A stretch of 42,426 bases of DNA from a virus (IMGVR_UViG_3300020441_000010:1-42426); one strand, 5' to 3'. Shown: positions 9,309 through 16,474, counted from the first letter of the stretch. A program made the numbers and translations. Notes: generated by a model not told the origin, from the sequence alone.

Positions 9309-10051
9309 ACTCCAGGTCCCCATCCATGAACTAAAGGATACTTATCAGGTAAATTATCTTTGGTGAAAGTATGTAAATGATTTTTAGAGTCATGCTGTTG
9401 ATCATGATCAACAATCCAAATACCCTTCGCAACTTCTCCCATGAACAATTCGGTAGTATACTTATGTTTTAAAGAATAAGTATACACAGATTCATCTAAA
9501 CAATATTTTAAATTTCTTTTTTGTGCCCATGCAATCCAACAATAAGTCATTACATTTTCAGCGTGGGCAGGTACTCTGAGTGCTATACATCCCTCAAGCA
9601 TAGATATAATATCTTTCGTCTTTGCAAGATAGAAGTAATCAACTAGATATCCAACACTACCTTTATGCCATCCGAGAGAATTAAATGCCTCTGGATCACA
9701 TTTTGGTAGAGCAGCGTCAAGATCGATCAAAAAGTCTGATCGTATCTTTGGACAAAAGTTATATCCTTTTTGTTCTGCAAGTTTGAATCCGTTGAGAGTA
9801 GATGTCCATTGATAAAGAGCCCTCTCAAGACACCATGGACCATGACCAGCTCCAGACTTTTCCTTAGCAGAAAGAACTGGAAGATCATCAGTCACCAAAG
9901 AAACATTTGGTAGACTCCGAAGATAATCCAGATTCTCTTTTGGTTCAGAGTTCCACGTTGACCATACCTGTTTGTAGTCTTTGTAGTATTCTGAAACTTC
10001 TTTACAGTAGGTTGTTGGACCCTGAATAACCAGGGCATCTACTTCAATCAT
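9305..10051 (-). CDS. WavE-like LPS/glycan synthesis protein (GT-A-like)
   Basis: LVIQGP, WSTW, Q..STLNG and KIRSD pattern. Confidence 0.55.
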   Translation of the reverse strand: MIEVDALVIQGPTTYCKEVSEYYKDYKQVWSTWNSEPKENLDYLRSLPNVSLVTDDLPVLSAKEKSGAGHGPWCLERALYQWTSTLNGFKLAEQKGYNFCPKIRSDFLIDLDAALPKCDPEAFNSLGWHKGSVGYLVDYFYLAKTKDIISMLEGCIALRVPAHAENVMTYCWIAWAQKRNLKYCLDESVYTYSLKHKYTTELFMGEVAKGIWIVDHDQQHDSKNHLHTFTKDNLPDKYPLVHGWGPGV

Positions 10052-10758
10052 TTTTTACAAACAGCAAAGTAATATCCGTTATGCCAGAGACTATTCTCCA
10101 GAACATGAGGAGTTGGGTAAACAATATCAACACCATTGCTGGTACGAATCTGCATAGAGTATCTGACCGTGATACCAAGTTCTTCAATCGCTCTCAGTGT
10201 ACCATCTCTGGGACGTGGATCATTCCAGTCATCAATGATAAGAATAAACTCATCATCAAGAGCGGGTAGTGCTAGAGCAAGACCATCATATTGATCTTGT
10301 TCTTCATGAGGACCATCAAAGAAGTAAACATTATGCTTACCGATATCATCATACTCTACGTCTCTAAAGTCTCCTTCATAGAGTTCTAGTTGCGTATCAT
10401 CATTAGTGCATCGCTCAGCATTGTTACAAAACTCTTCGCGTACATTACCAAACTGAGACCAGTTATCAACACACACTGCAGATACTTTGTTACCATAGAT
10501 AGCAGCCATAGCAGTAGATCCTTTCCAAGATCCAACTTCAAGATACCGTGCATCAGGAACAGTAGCAATCAAGTTGTTAACAAAATGACGATACCGTTTA
10601 CCGGACATTCCATTAAGAGTAAGAATCCAATCAGGAAGATTTGATTCTTCAGTCAATGCTTTCTCATATGCATCTTTAATTAGTTTTGCATACTTAATTC
10701 TAGAGCTCCCCTGAACCTCAACGTAAGGTTCAAAGGGAGATGCTTCCATTAATTCCAT
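10048..10758 (-). CDS. Class I SAM methyltransferase (Methyltransf_24-like)
   Basis: YLEVGSWKGST, VDNWS, FFDGPH and IIDDW motifs. Confidence 0.85.
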   Translation of the reverse strand: MELMEASPFEPYVEVQGSSRIKYAKLIKDAYEKALTEESNLPDWILTLNGMSGKRYRHFVNNLIATVPDARYLEVGSWKGSTAMAAIYGNKVSAVCVDNWSQFGNVREEFCNNAERCTNDDTQLELYEGDFRDVEYDDIGKHNVYFFDGPHEEQDQYDGLALALPALDDEFILIIDDWNDPRPRDGTLRAIEELGITVRYSMQIRTSNGVDIVYPTPHVLENSLWHNGYYFAVCKK

Positions 10759-11525
10759 CAGTTTCTGTCCTTATAAAGTTTGAATCCATCATCCACACAG
10801 TGCCTGAGGTACATAGCCATTTCACCTGTACCAACTGTAATGTTTGCTGTAGCGTGTTGATCACCACCATACTCAATTGCCTTGAGACTACTCCACATAG
10901 ACTTATCGTTAGGTGGATGTGGTGGAACATAGGTCTTCAAGTCAGTATACTTCTGAATCATATGCGAGAAGTGAATGTCTTCACCACAAAGCATCGTCCA
11001 TTGAGTACCAGGAAGTTCTCTCCAAAACACAGAAAGAAGATCCCTAGAGAAGAACCAAGAGTGACCAACAATATCTACCTCCACAGGTTCTGTATTGTTG
11101 CCTGCACAGATTGGATTTACATCCCATCCGAACCGAGCGAACTTACCATCTTCTGTTCTGGTTAATTCATAATCACCGTTCTCAAAACGGAGACCAATTC
11201 CTCCAAGAAGTCCAGGATGAGTTTCATAGGTATCTAGGCAGTTTTCTAACCACCTATTTCCTGGAATCGTATCATCGTCAAGGACGCAAACATAATCAGT
11301 CCTAGCATTTAAAGCAAAAGCAAACCTTGCCCATACTCCATAGTTGTAGTTGCTGAGAGCTGCATTCAACTCAGTGTAAGTGTCTTCATCATACTCAATT
11401 CCAGGAGCAGTATTCTGCCAGTAGAAAATCTCATCTACTTCTACTGTCTGGTTCCTAATTGCCTCTACTTGTTCTTTCAAATTGGAACGCTTGTATGCGT
11501 TCAATACTACAGTGATAGATTTCAT
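10758..11525 (-). CDS. GT-A fold glycosyltransferase (GT2-like)
   Basis: ITVVLNAYKR, DYVCVLDDD and GEDIHFS motifs; start trimmed to MKSITV at 11525. Confidence 0.8.
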   Translation of the reverse strand: MKSITVVLNAYKRSNLKEQVEAIRNQTVEVDEIFYWQNTAPGIEYDEDTYTELNAALSNYNYGVWARFAFALNARTDYVCVLDDDTIPGNRWLENCLDTYETHPGLLGGIGLRFENGDYELTRTEDGKFARFGWDVNPICAGNNTEPVEVDIVGHSWFFSRDLLSVFWRELPGTQWTMLCGEDIHFSHMIQKYTDLKTYVPPHPPNDKSMWSSLKAIEYGGDQHATANITVGTGEMAMYLRHCVDDGFKLYKDRN

Positions 11526-12619
11526 GTAATTCGTTCGGTAGTAGTCACTTTGGTTTGTGCAAGAATCCATTCGTATGTTTTACGAATACCCTCCTTTAGA
11601 GTCTGCTCATAATCCCATCCAAGTTTCTCGCGGATGAGATCATTGTTAGAGTTACGTCCACGTACACCAGTTGGTGCATCTAGTTTATACATCTTATGCA
11701 CTACCTTACCAGCAACCTTAGCAGTAATGTCTACTAGGTCATTAATTGAAACCATTTCTTCAGATCCAATATTCACAGGACCAGTGAAGTCGGATTCCAT
11801 CAACCTTCGAGTTGCTTCAATGCATTCATCAATGAACAGGAAGGAACGAGTCTGTAAGCCATCTCCCCACACCTCGATTGCTCCACCCGTCTCCGGGAGG
11901 TAAGCGACTTTACGGCAGATTGCAGCTGGTGCCTTCTCTCTTCCACCGTCCCAGGTTCCTTCGGGACCAAAGATGTTGTGATAGCGAGCAATGCGAACAG
12001 GAATACCATGGTTACGCTCATATGCAAGGTATAACCGCTCTGCAAAGAGTTTCTCCCATCCATATTCAGAGTCGGGGTCTGCGGGGTATGCTGATTCTTC
12101 ACGGCAGTCTGGGTTATCAGGGTCAAGTTGATTGTACTCTGGATACATACAGGCAGATCCAGAGTAGAAAATTTTAGTTAGTCTTCTATTGTGTTCTGGA
12201 ATTTGATTCCAGTCTTCTCCATATCTCTCATTAAGTTTACGCTGCTCCTCAAGAACATTCAAATTAATAGCACAGGAATTATGCATGATATCTGCATCAT
12301 TCTCTCCAGTGAAAACAAAACCTGCGCCACCCATATCAGCAGCAAACTGATAGATCTCATCGAATGTTTGAATAGTTCGATAAGGAATAGAATTATAAAA
12401 GTTACCTTGGTATCCTTTAAATTGAATGACCCTAGAAACAAAGTTAGCATCGCGAAGATCTCCACGAACAAACTCATGAGCACGACTAGGAGAAAACTCG
12501 GGTTCTTTTAGATCTACACCACGAACCCAATATCCTTCTTCAACTAGTCGGTTAACCATATGACTTCCAATGAAGCCACCAGCACCGAGAACCAATGCTG
12601 TTTTTTTAAAGTCACTCAT
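11522..12619 (-). CDS. GDP-mannose 3,5-epimerase-like extended SDR
   Basis: GAGGFIG, AADMGGAGF, SACMYPE, YGWEK, GTWDGGREKAPAAICRK, WGDGLQTRSF and GVRGRNS are the hallmark blocks of GME. Confidence 0.9.
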   Translation of the reverse strand: MSDFKKTALVLGAGGFIGSHMVNRLVEEGYWVRGVDLKEPEFSPSRAHEFVRGDLRDANFVSRVIQFKGYQGNFYNSIPYRTIQTFDEIYQFAADMGGAGFVFTGENDADIMHNSCAINLNVLEEQRKLNERYGEDWNQIPEHNRRLTKIFYSGSACMYPEYNQLDPDNPDCREESAYPADPDSEYGWEKLFAERLYLAYERNHGIPVRIARYHNIFGPEGTWDGGREKAPAAICRKVAYLPETGGAIEVWGDGLQTRSFLFIDECIEATRRLMESDFTGPVNIGSEEMVSINDLVDITAKVAGKVVHKMYKLDAPTGVRGRNSNNDLIREKLGWDYEQTLKEGIRKTYEWILAQTKVTTTERIT

Positions 12620-12647
12620 TGTTTTTAGATTTAGTCCATACCTATGT

Positions 12648-12676
12648 ATTATATAAAAAAAGAGGGGTCTTGTAAA
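12648..12676 (-). promoter_or_regulatory. Sigma70-type promoter of the glycan operon
   Basis: -35 TTTACA (12676-12671), 17-bp spacer, -10 TATAAT (12653-12648). Confidence 0.7.
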
Positions 12677-12682
12677 CCCCTC
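12655..12682 (-). terminator. Rho-independent terminator overlapping the downstream promoter
   Basis: GAGGGGT-ttacaag-ACCCCTC followed by TTTTTTT. Confidence 0.85.
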
Positions 12683-12687
12683 AGTAT

Positions 12688-12927
12688 TCAGGAAAGAGCA
12701 GAGATCAATGCTTCTACTCTCTTCTCCAATGCATCCAATCTCTTATATGCTTCGTCTTTATGAGATGCAAGAGGAGGAAGTCCTGCTGCATTCAGTTTTG
12801 CCCCGCCACCATCACACTTACTGTGTGCTTTCGCTTCAAGTGCTTTGAGTCTTCCCTCAACTTCAACGTCGTACTTAGACATTGATGCACCACTTGCAGA
12901 TTTTCCTGCGCTCCCTTTTGCAGCCAT
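12688..12927 (-). CDS. Small late coiled-coil protein (possible virion protein)
   Basis: Clean ORF with two RL.ALE repeats, preceded by TAAATA at 12952-12957. Confidence 0.65.
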   Translation of the reverse strand: MAAKGSAGKSASGASMSKYDVEVEGRLKALEAKAHSKCDGGGAKLNAAGLPPLASHKDEAYKRLDALEKRVEALISALS

Positions 12928-12954
12928 AGTTTTAAATTAAATTCTCAGTTTTAT

Positions 12955-13185
12955 TTAGATATTCTCCATCTGTGACTTAATTAAATCTAATCTTGCTCTT
13001 AAGAGTTCTTCAGACTCTCTTTGATAAATGCCATAGGCAATGTTCATGAGAGTCTGAACTGTCTTCCATCCACCATATTTTTTATGAGATCGCACTCTCA
13101 TATATTGATAATGAAGTAAAAGTTTGGCATCAGATACTGTCATCCACTCATGCTTAAGAGTAAGATTTATAGCATCCTTTTCCAT
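12955..13185 (-). CDS. Hypothetical protein
   Basis: ORF tiles between its neighbours. Confidence 0.6.
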   Translation of the reverse strand: MEKDAINLTLKHEWMTVSDAKLLLHYQYMRVRSHKKYGGWKTVQTLMNIAYGIYQRESEELLRARLDLIKSQMENI

Positions 13186-13188
13186 GTG

Positions 13189-13428
13189 TTAAGAGGCAGA
13201 TACACTGTCTTTTATATAGCAAGGAACACCTTCTGGATCTAACCATTTGGTATACTCAAAGTCTTCCATAGCAGTAGTGAGTTGCATACCATTATCGCAT
13301 AGATACATATCCCTGTAACGCTTTGTCCATGGATCTGCTTTCTGAATTCGATAGTCGGGCATATCGTTGATCTCAAGTGTTCCACACTCAACGTAACGAT
13401 AGGGAAAACGTTCTAGAAGGACTTTCAT
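13189..13428 (-). CDS. Cyanophage-type hypothetical protein
   Basis: Start overlaps the upstream stop (TGATG); phage-like composition. Confidence 0.75.
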   Translation of the reverse strand: MKVLLERFPYRYVECGTLEINDMPDYRIQKADPWTKRYRDMYLCDNGMQLTTAMEDFEYTKWLDPEGVPCYIKDSVSAS

Positions 13429-13643
13429 CAGACAACCTCTGCGGTTTCAAGATCGGCAAGAATATACTCCATAAGCATATCATAGTCGTCAAGGGCATCG
13501 CCAGAGAATACAACTCCTTCGTTTTCATAATAACGACGAACTTTCTTGAAGAGCTTTGGATTTTTCACATCAAGAAAAATATCACCAAGTGCAGCAGAAC
13601 GAAGAGTGCTGATGTCTTTTTTGAATCTAGCAGTGATAGTCAT
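13428..13643 (-). CDS. Cyanophage-type hypothetical protein
   Basis: ORF downstream of an extended -10 element. Confidence 0.75.
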   Translation of the reverse strand: MTITARFKKDISTLRSAALGDIFLDVKNPKLFKKVRRYYENEGVVFSGDALDDYDMLMEYILADLETAEVV

Positions 13644-13665
13644 TGGTCTGTTTGTTTACCTAGTA

Positions 13666-13721
13666 ATTTTAACAGAGACTCTAAGAGGTTTAGAATCTTA
13701 TGGACACTTTCAGAGGTGTCC
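13666..13721 (-). promoter_or_regulatory. Extended -10 promoter with upstream inverted repeats
   Basis: TGTTAAAAT (13674-13666); inverted repeat AGATTCTAA/TTAGAGTCT (13698-13676); palindrome GGACAC-N8-GTGTCC (13702-13721). Confidence 0.45.
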
Positions 13722-13723
13722 CA

Positions 13724-13796
13724 TGCTCGCTGTGAGGATCGAACTCACCTTAGGCAAATTATGAGTTTGCTGCATTCACCAGATTGCTAAGCGAGC
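13724..13796 (-). tRNA. tRNA with CAT anticodon (Ile2 or elongator Met)
   Basis: Acceptor stem GCTCGCT/AGCGAGC, anticodon arm GCAAA-CTCATAA-TTTGC, T loop GTTCGA; no encoded CCA. Confidence 0.92.
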
Positions 13797-13803
13797 GTAA
13801 GGC

Positions 13804-13977
13804 TTAAGAAGCCTCGTTGTTCAACTCAGTATACAACTTGATGAGTTCGTCGTCTGCAGGAACCATGACGGCTTTATGACCGTCTTCATTAATGATTCCT
13901 AAGGTTTCCCCATTCTCAACCCGTGAGAAAAGTTCATCCCAGTTTTTTTCCCACTCTTCCACGGTATAAAAATTCAT
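13804..13977 (-). CDS. Phd/YefM antitoxin-like small protein
   Basis: YTVEEWEKNWDELFSRVENGETLGII...KAVMVP follows the Phd N-terminal domain pattern; start trimmed to 13977 (ATGA overlap). Confidence 0.55.
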   Translation of the reverse strand: MNFYTVEEWEKNWDELFSRVENGETLGIINEDGHKAVMVPADDELIKLYTELNNEAS

Positions 13978-14801
13978 CGCAGTTTTGGTCCCATCATCCA
14001 TGCTACTAAAGAAATTCTTTGTCCTCTAAGAATAGGTGTTACTCTATGTGGTGTTCTCGAATCAAATACTACTACAGTTCCCCTAGTTTTATCTACATTT
14101 TGAACTTTTCCTTGATAATCAATGAACTGTAATTTACCACCACTATACTCTTCAGGATCTGAAAGAATGATACTCATGCTGAGTTTTCTAGTAAGATCTT
14201 TATCTGCACTCGTTCCGTAATCAGAATGCCATCCATAGAAATGATTCTTATCGTATCTTGTGACTTGAACCGATTCCATCTCTGTTAGATCGTATTCAAA
14301 AATTTCTCTGTTAGCGATGTGAAAATAATGAGTAAAGATTGTGCTTACCCAGTCAAGTTCAGCAATCCAAGATACATCACACTGTCTTGATTCTGGATAC
14401 TCTCCACCTTCTTCATCATTTCCAACTTCACCATTTTCCCAGTCTTCCTCTTCGATTTCGGAAACTCTTTGCTCAATAAGATCAATAAGATAATCTGGAA
14501 GAATTTCTTCAAAGACAATAGGAGAGTGAGCTATCTTATGATCACCAAGCAAGTTCTCTCTAATCTCTTTTTCGTTTCCATCTTCATCATAAAACTCTCG
14601 GATGAAACTAATTTCTTCATCCGTTAGAGCTACAGGTTCATCATCTGGATTATCAGTTTCTATATACTGAACTCCTTCAGACTCATCAGCATTTAAAACA
14701 ATAGATTGATTATCTACCTCTTCTTCTTCAACAACTTCATCAGGAAGATTGTTTTCATCAAAGGTAACTTTCAATTCGTGTACAATGTTCTCTTCAGACA
14801 T
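13974..14801 (-). CDS. 2OG-Fe(II) oxygenase (prolyl-hydroxylase/PKHD-like) with acidic N-terminal extension
   Basis: YGWHSD, RKLS, YSGGKL, VFDSRTPHRVTP and RISLVAW motifs. Confidence 0.9.
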   Translation of the reverse strand: MSEENIVHELKVTFDENNLPDEVVEEEEVDNQSIVLNADESEGVQYIETDNPDDEPVALTDEEISFIREFYDEDGNEKEIRENLLGDHKIAHSPIVFEEILPDYLIDLIEQRVSEIEEEDWENGEVGNDEEGGEYPESRQCDVSWIAELDWVSTIFTHYFHIANREIFEYDLTEMESVQVTRYDKNHFYGWHSDYGTSADKDLTRKLSMSIILSDPEEYSGGKLQFIDYQGKVQNVDKTRGTVVVFDSRTPHRVTPILRGQRISLVAWMMGPKLR

Positions 14802-14848
14802 CTTAAAATTTCAGTGTAATAATTTTGTATAATTATGTATACAAGATA

Positions 14849-14922
14849 TCGGGATGATAGGATTTGAACCTACGACCTCCCGCTCCCAAAGCGGGCGCTC
14901 TACCAAACTAAGCTACATCCCG
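14849..14922 (-). tRNA. tRNA-Pro(TGG)
   Basis: Cloverleaf CGGGATG...CATCCCG-A with anticodon loop TTTGGGA. Confidence 0.95.
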
Positions 14923-14926
14923 ATAA

Positions 14927-14978
14927 GGCAGATTCCTATCGCCGCTACTCCTGAATCTACCAAAGGGGAGCACCGCAG
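14927..14978 (-). ncRNA. Candidate H-type pseudoknot RNA in the tRNA-Pro leader
   Basis: P1 CTGC(GG)TGCTCC / GGAGTA-GCGG crosses P2 GGTAGATTC / GAATCTGCC. Confidence 0.55.
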
Positions 14979-15003
14979 TTAAACACTCATGTCTAACAGT
15001 ATT

Positions 15004-15032
15004 ATTATACCTTACAGATCTTCTTCCTGCAA
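15004..15032 (-). promoter_or_regulatory. Sigma70-type promoter for the pseudoknot/tRNA-Pro transcript
   Basis: TTGCAG-17 bp-TATAAT. Confidence 0.55.
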
Positions 15033-15275
15033 CTTCTCTAAGGTTCCTATCCTCTTAGATCTATCTTCCCATGTTTGTCCTCCATCAAATCCTTTCAAAG
15101 GATTGATGCAGGTTTCGTCTCCAAGTTTATTACACACCAATCCTGCAAGGTCTAATTCATTTCCCTCATTTCCAGTGCCCGTCCAAACATGGTTTCCATT
15201 GATCCATGTTGCTCCGCACTTTGGACATTCTTCTCTCGTCAACTTGAGATCAGACAGTTCCCTGGATTCGGTCAT
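15012..15275 (-). CDS. Small Cys-containing (Zn-ribbon-like) hypothetical protein
   Basis: CPKC plus two further Cys; has its own promoter upstream. Confidence 0.75.
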   Translation of the reverse strand: MTESRELSDLKLTREECPKCGATWINGNHVWTGTGNEGNELDLAGLVCNKLGDETCINPLKGFDGGQTWEDRSKRIGTLEKLQEEDL

Positions 15276-15295
15276 TTGCTTTCAGTATAGTTACT

Positions 15296-15329
15296 TATTT
15301 AGTATAGAGGCGATACATTTATGAGTCAA
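15296..15329 (-). promoter_or_regulatory. Composite sigma70 + late promoter
   Basis: TTGACT-17 bp-TATACT, with the -10 running directly into TAAATA. Confidence 0.75.
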
Positions 15330-15344
15330 CTGTGTGTTGAGACC

Positions 15345-15593
15345 CTAACGCACCTCAAAGTCTAGTCTACGAACCTTGCGCTTTCTTCTTGCTTCCTGAT
15401 AGGCAAGTTCTTCTCTAGAGAAATGACTATCAATTTTTGATTCTCTGTTGTGAGTAATTAAGACAACTTTATTCATGTCTAAAGCTCCAACCTTATTATC
15501 AACCAAAGTCATTTGATTAGGACACCCGCAAGTTTGGATCTTATTAGAACTTGTTAGTTCTGTGTTACACTCTTTGCATCTTACTGTAATCAT
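15345..15593 (-). CDS. Small zinc-finger protein
   Basis: RCKEC...CGCPN motif; start trimmed to MITVRC; TAAATA upstream near 15615-15620. Confidence 0.75.
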   Translation of the reverse strand: MITVRCKECNTELTSSNKIQTCGCPNQMTLVDNKVGALDMNKVVLITHNRESKIDSHFSREELAYQEARRKRKVRRLDFEVR

Positions 15594-15622
15594 AATGCAG
15601 ACCAATTAGTGATTTATTTATA

Positions 15623-15694
15623 TGCTTGATGACGGGATCGAACCGCCGACCGCCTCGGTGTAAACGAGATGCTCTACCGCTGAGCTAATCAAGC
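15623..15694 (-). tRNA. tRNA-Val(TAC)
   Basis: GCTTGAT...ATCAAGC-A with anticodon loop TTTACAC. Confidence 0.95.
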
Positions 15695-15820
15695 AGGGGA
15701 ATGTCCCCTGCTCGTCAGCAGGGGAGGTTCAAGAGGGATCCCACCTCTCTCTCACATGGGTTGTTGTTCCGATTCTTTTTTCTCTCGGAGATGTGAGCAC
15801 GGATGTATACCAGTCCGTTA
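15695..15820 (-). ncRNA. Structured inter-tRNA RNA of unknown family
   Basis: Four consecutive helices fill the 126-nt spacer (see findings). Confidence 0.55.
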
Positions 15821-15892
15821 AGCGGGATATCGGACTCGAACCGACGACATTCAGCTTGGAAGGCTGACGTTCTACCACTGAACTAATCCCGC
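15821..15892 (-). tRNA. tRNA-Gly(TCC)
   Basis: GCGGGAT...ATCCCGC-T with anticodon loop CTTCCAA. Confidence 0.95.
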
Positions 15893-15896
15893 GAGG

Positions 15897-15969
<73 letters not shown>

Positions 15970-15978
15970 AATGAAATC

Positions 15979-16007
15979 AATATAACTGATTTGAATTAGA
16001 AAGTCAA
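15979..16007 (-). promoter_or_regulatory. Sigma70-type promoter of the tRNA array
   Basis: TTGACT-17 bp-TATATT, about 10 nt upstream of tRNA-Arg. Confidence 0.75.
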
Positions 16008-16474
16008 CCGTAGTAAAAATCTCTCCACTGACTGACTTTTGTTTCTTCAAGATCCATCATTACTTTGCTGATGGGAGCTCTTGGTTTCTTACGAAGTTTC
16101 ATGTTCGTTTGCTCTAGTAGTTTATCACCTTTCCTCGTATTGCAACTGGAACAGGCAACTACCATGTTGTCCCAAGTATTTCCGCCACCTCTGCAGCGAG
16201 GAACTACATGATCGATTGTAAGTTTACTTTTTGCACCACAATACTGACATGTATTTTTATCTCTCTTGTAGATCATTGCACGGGAAGGATACATTTCAGA
16301 AAATCTAACGAAGGGTCTTCTCACAAAATAAACGAGTCTTATAACTCTACTTGAAATTACTCTTGCTTTTTCTTTAAAGAGAAGAATAACCGCTCTCTTC
16401 CAGTTTGTAAAGTGTAAAGGTTCATAAGAACTATTGAGCACTAGAACTGTCGAATACGGTTCGATAGATTCCAT
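16004..16474 (-). CDS. HNH endonuclease (McrA-like)
   Basis: VLVLNSSYEPL, RD..TCQYCG, TIDHVVPR.RGG and N.V.AC..CN..K motifs. Confidence 0.92.
   Translation of the reverse strand: MESIEPYSTVLVLNSSYEPLHFTNWKRAVILLFKEKARVISSRVIRLVYFVRRPFVRFSEMYPSRAMIYKRDKNTCQYCGAKSKLTIDHVVPRCRGGGNTWDNMVVACSSCNTRKGDKLLEQTNMKLRKKPRAPISKVMMDLEETKVSQWRDFYYG

Noticed and set aside
611-12619. DNA hypermodification (glycosylated base) cluster
   Set aside because: No dCMP/dUMP hydroxymethylase or T4-type DNA glucosyltransferase is recognisable in the window and the families are surface-glycan types; not excluded genome-wide.
14927-14978. tRNA-associated HDV-like (theta) ribozyme
   Set aside because: No P3/L3 nested element between P2 and the 3' strand of P1, and it lies 5' rather than 3' of the tRNA; kept only as an unassigned pseudoknot.
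15695-15720. CTGACGAG followed by a stem, resembling a hammerhead ribozyme core
   Set aside because: The required GAAA after stem II is absent (TTGA follows) and stems I and III cannot be formed.
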